Below, piece after piece: positions 41,094-51,374 of a DNA stretch of 64,000 nucleotides. The position numbers were made by a program, and so were the translations under genes. The first letter of the stretch is position 1; every line of letters starts with the position of its first letter. The notes beneath the pieces were generated by a model that was not told the DNA's origin, ran no database searches, and saw nothing but the letters and a program-made list of their open reading frames with translations. The stretch lies in assembly GCA_047967505.1 (NCBI GenBank), contig CM106538.1, one strand, 5' to 3'. The DNA comes from Dipteris shenzhenensis. Its lineage: Eukaryota.

Positions 41094-41874
41094 CACATTG
41101 GGAAAAAAGGGAGCTCATTTTGGGGCCCTGAGAGAAATTCACAATTTCTTCATTTTTATTTCCTCTAAAACACCAAAATACGACATAACTCCTTCGACGC
41201 ACGATGCAAAATTTGGTACTTCTGACATCACCGGCACATCCGGAGCGGGCCAAAACCCCTAGAACAACTTTTGAAACACTCAAGGGTGCTCATTTTCAGT
41301 GTTTTAAATGTCGTTCCAGGGGTTTTGGCTCGTCCAGAAAAGGCCACAAAGACCCTGCAAAGTTTTTACGGGGCCTTTTTAGCCTTTTTCAGGCCTCCAG
41401 GTGCCCGTTTTCAGAGTTTCAAATGTTGTTCTGAGGGTTTTGGCCCATGCCAGTAATGTCCAGAGCGGGCCAAAACCCCTAGAACGACTGTTAAAACACT
41501 GAAAACGGGCCTCCGGATGCTCATTTTCAGTGTTTCAAATGTCGTTCCGGGGGTTTTGGCTCGTCCAGAAAAAGGCCAAAAAGGCCCTGCAAAGTTTTTA
41601 CGGGGCCTTTTTAGCCTTTTTCAGGCCTCCAAGTGCCCGTTTTCAAATGTTGTTCTGAGGGTTTCTGCCCACGTCGATGATGTTAAAAGTACCGAATTCT
41701 GCACCGTGCGTCAGATATAATAAAGTAGCTCAAGTATCCTCGTTGAATGCAAACTTGACATAATTTCTTTTTTCTTCCTTTTTTGTGTTATGTTGGCCCT
41801 CCTTTGATTAGTGGACGGCTATTTTCCTTCCAGGCTAAAAGGCCCCAAAATGAGTTTCCTTTTATCCTAATGTG
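41094..41874. mobile_element. Non-autonomous TIR DNA transposon, CACTA/CMC-like (CACAT termini, 3-bp TSD GGA), 781 bp
   Basis: Left end cacattgggaaaaaagggagctcattttggggcc versus reverse complement of the right end cacattaggataaaaggaaactcattttggggcc. GGA flanks both ends (41091-93, 41875-77). Subterminal inverted repeat at 41197-41234 / 41675-41712 and an internal ~230-bp tandem duplication. Confidence 0.8.
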
Positions 41875-43348
41875 GGATGTTGCACATCCTTGATTTTTTA
41901 CCAATTGACCACTTGCAAGTCTACATGCGCATGCTGCTTCTACAAGCACTCAAAAAGCATTGTCCATGGACACGGCTTTTTAGTCTAACCAATGGTGCTT
42001 CCACCTAGAACCCCAATCATGCAATACCTTGGCACTTTTCAACCAAGGTCTACCCACGGAATTGGATAGGCATTCATCTCCAACATCCAAGAGCATACCT
42101 TTTGGCTCGACCGATCCACTGATCTGCCATGCATGCATGGAAGGGAGAAGGTTTTAAATTTTTGAGCTAGTTGCTTGGCCACATCTTCCGAGATGATATG
42201 GACTCCCAAGCCACCATCCTCTGCTTTGTGATTTTGATAGCACTGAATGGAACGTCTAGTGTGTCAATGACCGGAATGATATCAAGAGAATCGACAACCA
42301 GGGGTGGTTTCTCGCGGCATGGAGCTGTTGCAAAAAGAATTCGCAAAAGTACGGGGCAAGCTAAAATAATTCAGCCATCTTAAGACCAATCATCATGTTG
42401 TGGAAGGTTTCCCATGCTTAATCATCTCCAAACTTGAATACTCCGTGGCATTTGGCTCGGTCCGGGACTTGGATATGCAGGGAACTCCTAGGGAGTTAAA
42501 GTGCATATATTCGATAAATTTTCATACGTCTACATGCCCGTACAGCTCTGGATGACTGCTCATGATTTTCCTCTGTGCTTAAAGGGCGCCTCTCTGCCCT
42601 TCCTGGGTGTTTCCCCATTCACGCTTACCCAAACCCTTCTCCATATGCTCATCGCTAGGGATGCTTTGGTTGCATAAAAAGGGAGTATTTGCTTGCACAA
42701 ATATATGCTATAGCCTACAAAATAAGAAAAAAGATGGAAATTTCATTAATAATTTTCCATTTGCCATTGCCATAAGATATATTTTCTCTTTGAAAAAAAC
42801 AATACCACTTTCATAATATATTCAAGCCACTGCCAACATGAGCACATCTTGTTCTTAAATCTCTCCCTCTTTAACCCCTCCTAATGCATTCCCACCAATG
42901 ATCAACCATGCAGATACATATGAAAACTAATTCCAAATGTCTACTTAGAATACATTGCATATACAACCAGCACGTACATGGAGAACATATATTGAATGAT
43001 CAATGGACATACACAAAAGAATCCATATATTCAAAATAAATATTTGGTGCAAGCGCAATAGTTTGAAAGTATAATCATCATCGATCAAAATTGTAATTTG
43101 CAGAAATCTCTAAACTTTTGAGCTCTGCTGATTTATAAAAACTGCAGACTTTGAAATCTAAAAGTACAGCTTCAGAAATGACTCCAGCTTGTGTTTGCGG
43201 CTGATCCACCATCTTATAAAAGTAACTGACTATTACAAAAATTATAATCCAAATCATGTTCATCGTCCTCATCTGAGGACACCCCTGTTTCCATCGTTCT
43301 AGATGAAACATCCTGAATAAGAGGGACAGCAGCCACTGTAAATGAATG

Positions 43349-43646
43349 TCATAAATAGTCCCTCCAAGTACACTTTCCGTCCTTAAAAGACATGAAATTG
43401 GATTGCATCTCTGACAAGATTAGTTCACTGCTCTATCTCTGACAAGTACTGTGGCCACAAGAGCTTGGATGTATTCAATATGGCACATGTGATAGCGAGC
43501 TTCTCCCTGTGCCCACATAAAACATCATCCTTTGCATCAACAAGGGAAATTTCTAGCTTTGCATACATAGTTTGCTTTGGGAATGGCTTCCTGCCCACCA
43601 AAAAATAATGCACAATTCCACCACTGCCATTCTGTCCTGGTTTGTT
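43349..43646 (-). pseudogene. Decayed E+/DYW cytidine-deaminase domain downstream of the PPR stop codon
   Basis: In frame after TAG: NKPGQ...VHYFLVG...YAKLE...KDDVLCGHREKLAITCAILNT. After a deletion and a frameshift: VRDAIQFHV/FKDGKCTWRDYL*. The CxxC zinc ligands are missing. Confidence 0.8.
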
Positions 43647-45665
43647 CTATGCTTGTTCCTTCACTCTCCTTGCCTCAACCTTGTTCTTGTCCTCTTCCAT
43701 ACGAGCATCTGCATAAATGTTAGACATCAAGACATAAGCTGTAGCATCCTTCTCATCCAATTGCACTGCATGTTCAAATGCCCGTCTTCCAAGCTCCACA
43801 TTACCCCACTTTCTACAGGCAGCCAACACAGTATGCCACACCACAAGATTAGGATGGAAAGGCATCTTCCTCACCATTCCTACTGCCTCATCTAATTGGC
43901 CTGCTCGGCCAAGGAGGTCCACCATACAAATGTGGTGCTCAATAGTCGGAGTGACGCCATAGTCTTTGCTCATAGAATCGAAGTACGTCTGTCCCTTATC
44001 CACTAGACCTGTGTGACTGCATACAGTGAGAACACCAACAAATGTGACCCCATTTGGCTTTATGCCCTCTCCTCTCATTCTCTCAAGCATATGGAAAACA
44101 GCTTCACTTTTTCCTAGCTGGGCATACCCGACAATTAGTGCTGTCCATGAGACTACAGTTCGAACAGTAAGCTTGCCAAACACTTCCTGCGCTTCTGCAA
44201 GCAAGCCACATTTGGCATACATATCAACCAAGGTGCTGCCAACAAGAAGATCTCCTTCCAACGCCATTCCAAAAATCTTAGCATGTATTTCTTGGCCCTT
44301 GTCTAAGGCTCCTGTGCTGCCACAAGCTTTCAAGCTGCAAACTAATGAGAGCACATTTGGAGTGACACCCTCCAAGTGCATTTGTTCAAAACACTTCATT
44401 GCTTCCTCACCAAGCCCATAGTCAGCATATCCTGCAATCAGGGCAGTCCACGTCACTACATCTCGAACTGGAAGCTTGTCAAACACTTCCTGTGCTTTTG
44501 CAAGCGAGCCACATTTAGCATACATATCAACCAAGGTGTTACCAACAACAAGATTTCTTTCCAACCCCTTTCGGGCAATCTCAGCATGTATTTCTTGGCC
44601 CTTGTCTAAGGCTCCAATGCTGCCACAAGCTTTCAAGTTGCAAACTAGCGCGAGAGCATTTGGGGACACGCCCTCCAGTTGCATCTGTTCAAAACAGTCC
44701 AGAGCTTCCTCACCAAGCCCATGTTCAGCATATCCTGCAATTAGTGCAGTCCATGAGACTACATCTCGAATCGGGAGCTTGTCAAACACTTCCCATGCTC
44801 TTGCAAACGAGCCACCTTTGGTATACATATCAACCAAGGTGCTGCCCACAAAAGTCTCCCTTTCCAACCCGTTTCTGGCAATTTCAGCATGTATTTCTTG
44901 GCCCTTGTCGAGGGCTCCTACGCTGCTACAAGCTTTCAAGCTGGAAACAAACGTGACAGCATTTGGAGTAATGCCCTGCAGTTGCATCTGTTGGAAACAG
45001 TTCAGTGCCTCCTCACCATGTCCATGTTCAGCATATCCTGCGATTAGTGCAGTCCATGAGACTACATTTCGAACTGGCTGCTTGCCGAACACTCCTCGTG
45101 CTTCATCGAGCAAGCCGAATTTGGCATACATATCGACCAAGGTGCTGCCAACAAAAAGATCTCTTTCCAACCCCTTTCTAGCAATCTCAGCATGTATTTC
45201 TCGGCCTCTTTCCACATTTTTTAGTCCAATACAAGCCTTTAGTAGGGCCACAAACGTATACTCACTAGGATCTACACGATCATCTTGCATTTTTTGGTAC
45301 AGGTTGAGGGCTTGCTGTGATTCACCACGATGAATATAACCCCTGATGAGAGAATTCCACGAATACTCATTCCGATTAATCAACCCGTCAAAAACCTGCC
45401 GAGCATCGCAGATGCTTCCAACTTCCACCAACAATGGAACGAGGTGATTTCCAAGTGATCTATGAGCTTCCAGCCCATTTTTGCACATGTACTCGTGTAG
45501 GCGCTTGGCACATTGCAGATTTTTCTTTTTCCTGCAGTTCTGCAAGAGGCACGTAAAGTTCTCAACCGAAGGCGTCATGGGCATTCGCTCCAAAGAAGTG
45601 ACTGCCTCCTCGAAGGTCAGCATCTTCCAGCATGCTGTCTCACAATTATCGTGCTTTAGGTGCAT
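43647..45665 (-). CDS. PLS-class pentatricopeptide repeat protein with E1/E2 domains (organellar RNA-editing factor type)
   Basis: 672-aa intact ORF with repeated P-L-S triplets (VVSWTALIAGYAEHG / LKACGSIGALDKGQEIHAEI / VGSTLVDMYAKCG), L2/S2 motifs (VTFVGVLTVCSHTGLVDKG, HHICMVDLLGRAG) and E motifs (VWHTVLAACRKWGNVELG, YVLMSNIYA). No obvious transit peptide after the first ATG, so the true start is uncertain. Confidence 0.92.
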   Translation of the reverse strand: MHLKHDNCETACWKMLTFEEAVTSLERMPMTPSVENFTCLLQNCRKKKNLQCAKRLHEYMCKNGLEAHRSLGNHLVPLLVEVGSICDARQVFDGLINRNEYSWNSLIRGYIHRGESQQALNLYQKMQDDRVDPSEYTFVALLKACIGLKNVERGREIHAEIARKGLERDLFVGSTLVDMYAKFGLLDEARGVFGKQPVRNVVSWTALIAGYAEHGHGEEALNCFQQMQLQGITPNAVTFVSSLKACSSVGALDKGQEIHAEIARNGLERETFVGSTLVDMYTKGGSFARAWEVFDKLPIRDVVSWTALIAGYAEHGLGEEALDCFEQMQLEGVSPNALALVCNLKACGSIGALDKGQEIHAEIARKGLERNLVVGNTLVDMYAKCGSLAKAQEVFDKLPVRDVVTWTALIAGYADYGLGEEAMKCFEQMHLEGVTPNVLSLVCSLKACGSTGALDKGQEIHAKIFGMALEGDLLVGSTLVDMYAKCGLLAEAQEVFGKLTVRTVVSWTALIVGYAQLGKSEAVFHMLERMRGEGIKPNGVTFVGVLTVCSHTGLVDKGQTYFDSMSKDYGVTPTIEHHICMVDLLGRAGQLDEAVGMVRKMPFHPNLVVWHTVLAACRKWGNVELGRRAFEHAVQLDEKDATAYVLMSNIYADARMEEDKNKVEARRVKEQA

Positions 45666-47151
45666 TAACCTCTGGACCCAAAGCCCCCATCCGAAGCACG
45701 GTCTTTAGAGTTTGAGACCAAAGGCTGCTAAGACCCTCCTTTTTCTCAAGCAAGTCTTTAGCCCAACCTCGATTGTAGGAGCCTTCTATCCATGGCAATC
45801 AAATTAGGTTTGTCTAGTAAGATATACGAAGGATTCGTCAGACTTGTGTCGCACACCCTTTCGCCACTGGGGCAAAACCGTGAACTTTGACGTATTCCTT
45901 CCATAAGCCCTCGGTAATGGGCTCTGCCAACCATAGAAGAGCCAGCCGAAGAAGAAACTTCCACGACCGCTCCAGTGTTTGGGTAAATCACCCATGATGG
46001 AGCCTTGGGGGAGGCGATCGGGCCTGTGCAACGAGTAGGACGACCCGACACGGACATAGTCTATATGCACTGGTTCACTACTAACTTGGACTGCTATTTT
46101 GGATGTTTTTCATGGATGTTTTTCCCTTGGTGCATGGGATCAGGGGAAAATGAGACATGCTATAAAGGAAATGTCACATCAATGGTGTGGGAAGTAGCAC
46201 CTTGAGGTCTAGAGCATGGAGTGCTATTTCCCATGGTCCCACCCTATTTCCCAAGTATTTCCCCTTTGTTTCATCACGTGATTGTAGGTGAGGAAGGTTG
46301 AGTTAATTATGATATAAATTGGCTAAAAGTGCAAGAATGTCCTTCAATTTTTTTGTCTTGAAATGAAGCAGAGTGGTGACTAAATTAGCACAATTTTTAA
46401 TTCAAATGGTATATAGTTATCAATTACCTACTGGAAGAGCTTGGGGCCATAGCTCTAGGAATGGGCCTAAGATGATCTCAATGCGGTGGACTATTTAAAT
46501 GGGAGCAATACTTCTTACCCAATGCCAAAGGTGTATGATAGGGTGACTTTGTAGATGTTTGAGGACAAAAAGGCCCCTAGGCCAGGTTGTTAACTCCTAA
46601 TTTCTAAAAGCACTTTTGGGATATCATTGGACAAGGCTATATTGAGAGTCTGAGATGATAAGACATGCTTGTAGCCAAGGAGTTTAAGGCTCAATTAGTA
46701 ATATGGATCTACTTAGGTCTACTCATACACAATCTTTTGAGTGGTGGCCTATTATTGTTCTCGAAATATTTGCCAAAGCTTTAGTTGTCGCAGTAAAGTT
46801 ACTTTTGCAAGATTGGTTAGAGAGCAAATGGGTTATGTATATAAGGTGTACATAATGGAAAATGCTTCGGATGTGCGACTGTGGCTTTAGATTATGTGTG
46901 GCTATGGCTTCAAATTATGCCTTCAAGAATAGCATGTCTGACTTTGGAAAATACTTCGGATGTGTGATTGTAGCTTTAGATTATGCCTTCAAGAATAGGA
47001 GGAAGAACTAGAAAAGGCTTATGACTAAAGGCGATAGGATTTAAGGTGCTCTAGAAAATTAGGTTTCCTCCAAAAGAATTGTCAAATGTTAACCCCTTGT
47101 TAGGGAATGCAAGGGCACTTGTGTGCATTAAGGGATGCCAAAAGCTATTTC

Positions 47152-47276
47152 CATTGGTGATCAAGGTTATCATAAGTGGATATAAAACTTTACATTGGTG
47201 ATCAAGGTTATCATAAGTGGATATAAAACTTTACATTGGCGATCAAGGTTATTGTAAGTGGATATGAAACTTTACA
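47152..47276. repeat. 41-bp tandem repeat x3
   Basis: cattggtgatcaaggttatcataagtggatataaaacttta at 47152, 47193 and 47234. Confidence 0.9.
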
Positions 47277-48127
47277 AACTAGTTTTGAGTAAAGTACTTG
47301 CTAATGACTTCCTTGTATTTTTTAACAATTTGGTTCAAAAATTCTACTTTGTATCACGATTTGTATGCAATATAAACAAGAGTGCATGACTGCACAAAAG
47401 CACTGGCTTCGGCTACATTAAGGTTCTATCCAAAAGAAATTTAAAAACAATTTCCGCACCCATGTAGTTGAAAAAATGCATTAAGGTTACTTCAAATTGG
47501 GTAGCTTCTACTTAACCCTAAGAGACCCACACTGATGGCTCTCTAAATTTCAGAGTCCTTGGTATTTCTTTATTATTTCATTCATTGCTCACTCACTATA
47601 CTTCATAGTTCCTTCTTTCGTCATGGAGCACATAACTACTTCCTTAAAATGAAACTTGGATCTTACCTTTTAATGAAATTTTCCTAAAGGGAAAAAACTT
47701 GAGTGAAAAAAATAATGAACATGAGACATGACACAGGTTCTATCAAAAACCTGATCCTCTCTGCAAATGTCAGAGGTAACCTCTCATCGAGAACATGCAT
47801 CAAAAGAGAGGAATGTTGTAAGACATCAAATTGAAGTAACATAAAAATTATTAGGGTCCATTAGTATTACAAAGAGGTCTTTTGAATAGATGGCACGCTA
47901 GCATATTACCTGAAAATTAGTAGTCGTATTCATACTACAATTTGAAAAATCAATATCTTGCACACACCAGTCATATAGGTTTCTTTGACTTTTTACAAGC
48001 ATGAAAAAATACATTAAAAATAGAAGGTGAAAAATCGACTCTTTGGATGAACGTAGAAGTAAAACCTTTCTTAGTAAATTGAATGATTCAAAATATGCAA
48101 AGAATGAGAATAAACAATATCTAATAC

Positions 48128-50842
48128 CTAGAATGGCAAGAACCGTGGATGAGATGGCTGCCATAGATTATCAATATGTAAGTTTGCAAGGTAGTTGGCA
48201 GAATAGCTTTTTTGGCAGTATATTGTTTTGTGAACTAGCTTTTTTGGCAAAACAACTTTTGGGGGCAGAGCAACATTTTTCAATGCATCACCACCCGTTT
48301 GTATGAAAGGTAGAATGAAGCTCTTCCAATCATACATTCTTTCAAGCCTCTCACATACTGTACTTTCCTTACGACCATCAACTTGCCTGCCACATCTTCT
48401 TACCAAGTCATCTATTGTCTCCACATCCTTGCATTTAAGCTCCCTTGAGACTGTGCTAAAAACCTGATCGATATCCTCATGTGTATGCCCAACATACAAA
48501 AATCCACATTCGACCTCATTGAAGATTCGATGAGCAACTAGCATGGAGCAGAATGCAAACGTGAGTACATTCTTATTTTCTCACCAGCAATTATCAGCTT
48601 GTATTCTCAAAGTCGGTGGTAGGCAACCTTTTTCTGCATGTACATTGTGAATTGCCTTCATAATAGATGTTACAACTTGATTGCTATCATGTAGATGCAA
48701 GGAATCAATCCATATCTCTGCAAAGAACTTAATTCCATGCACTAACACTCCACATAGATGTGTCTTTAGAAAGTGCTTTCCTTGTAATTTAGGTGGAGTG
48801 GCAACAAAACGAGGCAATGTTGTTGTATTCTGATCCATGCCATCTACAATAAGGCACATGTAGTCATCGGAATGCGAAATAGCTTGCTCCTTCCAAAAAG
48901 CATATTTTTGTCTGGAATGTCGAATAAGGTCATGATGAGATTTTTGGTTTTTTTTGTATAATTCCCTTTGATTTGGACATGTTGCACTCTCAATCGCTCG
49001 CTTTAAATCATCACAGACATTGCACTTTGACATTTTTTGCCTCCTTGGGATTTTAACATATCCAAAGTTCTTCTTCCAAAGAGTATACAAAGTATGAGAA
49101 GAAGCTACGGCATCCCCTCTTTGCCTTTGCTTTTCTGCAATAGAGTCAAATACTTCGAGCTTTGTCAGGCCCATTGGAAGGTGCATTTCGGTGATCGTGT
49201 CACCGTTAGGGAGTTTGGTAGATATATGGGGTTGAGGTAAAGCATTTTCATGTATGAAGTCTTGCAAAATTGCTGCTGCCCTGACAGTTGAGATTCTTGA
49301 TTTGGACCTTCCTCTATTACCGTGAATGCTAAATTTGTTGCCGCCCTTTGCCTTGGTGACTAAATCCCAATATGTACCATGGAATAATCCAGTAATATTG
49401 TGATATGCCTTATTGGAAATCCTTTTTCCATTTACGAGAGGTTTTACCTTTTGTCTTGAACTTAGCCTTTTATTGCCATTCTGAAGAAAGCAAGAGAGAC
49501 TTGTGAGAAGGTATTCATTTCTTTTGCTTCCTCTTCTTTGCCACATGTGTCCTCTACATTCCCTGATGTCTGCAAGATCAATGAAGCGCATACATCTTCG
49601 CTTGCAACATAGATATCCCAATGCATTTAACATGTTCTCCTCCTTCATTACTCTCTTCCTCTTTGGTTGCTTTTGTGGATCTGCCTAGATTCGCTTTCTC
49701 TTCATGCATATCTATTACCGTTTTTGTTCCTCGTGCACGTTGTTATCTGTATTTATGCACTTCTTCTCCTCACATTTGTTTGTAACCAAGCATCCATGAT
49801 TGGTCGTTGCATCCTTGGCCATATCACAATCAAAGTTAAATATTGAATAATCCTCTGTTGATCTCATCCTCGTTTTTAACATACTCTTAGGACCATTCAA
49901 TGAATTCAATATTCTACGAGAGTATTGAGAACCTTGAAACTCTTCCACTCCTGAGAGAACATCACTCATTGGGACATCTTGCATGGCTTTCACAAATCCA
50001 CAAGCTTGATTGACACCAGGTTTGTTAATATGCATGAACTCATCCACACTTGACAAGACATCGCTATTGAAACCTTTGCCCTTCTCACTGTGCAAGAATT
50101 CATCCACCCCAGATAAGGCTTCGCTTCTAAAATCATTTTGTTTCTCGGAACCAATGAACTCATCCCCTCCAGATAAGATGTCACTTCTATAATTGAGTAC
50201 ATTGAAATCATGCACATTTGAAGTGATAGAGCCTACCACATGGGCATGCTTTTTAGGTCCTTTGATATTGTAGTATACCTTGTCTTTATCATTGAAAACC
50301 ACGTGCCTCTTTCTCATGTTTAAAAATTGCATGCTCCATCTCATATTCTTGTCTACCTCATAGTAGGGATCACATAAGGATATTATGTTATCAACCATAC
50401 CGTCATCAGTGACTTTTAGAATCCTCATTTGTGCAAATGACCATTGTTCCACTTGTTCAAATCCCAATACTTCACCTTCTGCTACAGTATTATTTGCAAA
50501 TGATCTCATTTGTAAAATGTCCCCTATAGTAAAATCCAAGGTGGTGCACTTTGTATTCTTGATAATGTCTGTTGCATATGTCTCATCTTTGTCCCATGCT
50601 ATAAATGATTTGTTGGATGTATTGTAGGGCATAACATCTCCAAGTGTTTCCATATCTCCACATTTATACTTTAGCTCAACATGTGCGCTAAGAATCTTTG
50701 ATACAATAACTGCCACCTTATCTTCACCAAGTCTTCGAAAGTGGCAAACTGAATTGGGATCACTATCATGGATTGTAGCAAATGCAACTACTCTTTTGCT
50801 ACATAAAATCACATCCATCCCTGGAACAAAATCTATAGCCAT
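48128..50842 (-). pseudogene. Stop-interrupted DNA transposase, Sola-like/DUF7869 DD[D/E] core with N-terminal Tnp1/En/Spm-like domains
   Basis: Track ORFs 49715-50866, 48581-49648 and 48128-48544 are all in one frame, separated only by TAA/TAG/TAG and one TGA. Core motifs: KCNVCDDL, LIVDGMDQ, THLCGVLVHG, LPPTLRIQADNCW*ENKN, FLYVGHTHEDIDQVFS. First ATG at 50842. The C-terminus after ~48270 looks truncated. Confidence 0.75.
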
Positions 50843-51374
50843 CTCCTTTGTAAGAGTCCTTCGCAAGCAAGCTGCAGTAACAACAATTACATAAATATTA
50901 GTCTCTTTTTAATAATCTACTCATTTATTATAATTCTTAATTAGTAATTAATTTATTGGTGGGAGAAGTTATCTGATCAACTACTCATTAGATGGACATG
51001 CCAAGTTATCCTTTGCATGTTCAATCGAGCATTAAATACTATTTTTGCTCTAGTGTCGTGGCAAACTGAATTGGGATCACTATCATGGATTGTAGCAAAT
51101 GCAACTACTCTTTTGCTACATAAAATCACATCCATCCCTGGAACAAAATCTATAGCCATCTCCTTTGTAAGAGTCCTTCGCAAGCAAGCTGCAGTAACAA
51201 CAATTACATAAATATTAGTCTCTTTTTAATAATCTACTCATTTATTATAATTCTTAATTAGTACTTAATTTATTGGTGGGAGAAGTTATCTGATCAAGTA
51301 CTCATTAGATGGACATGCCAAGTTATCCTTTGCATGTTCAATCGAGCATTAAATACTATTTTTGCTCTAGTGTC
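50741..51374. repeat. Near-perfect 317-bp tandem duplication spanning the transposase start and the array edge
   Basis: gtggcaaactgaattgggat...tttttgctctagtgtc at 50741-51057 and 51058-51374. Confidence 0.95.

Noticed and set aside
44026-45333. Plus-strand ORFs of 131 and 285 aa
   Set aside because: Antisense shadows of the PPR gene.
47400-47900. Left terminus of the putative giant transposon (e.g. ttaaccct at ~47512)
   Set aside because: No partner inverted repeat or TSD is visible in the window, so the boundary cannot be called.
48581-49717. In-frame stops repaired by U-to-C RNA editing
   Set aside because: Such editing is known from organellar transcripts. This locus is nuclear-type and methyl-C deamination explains the stops more simply.
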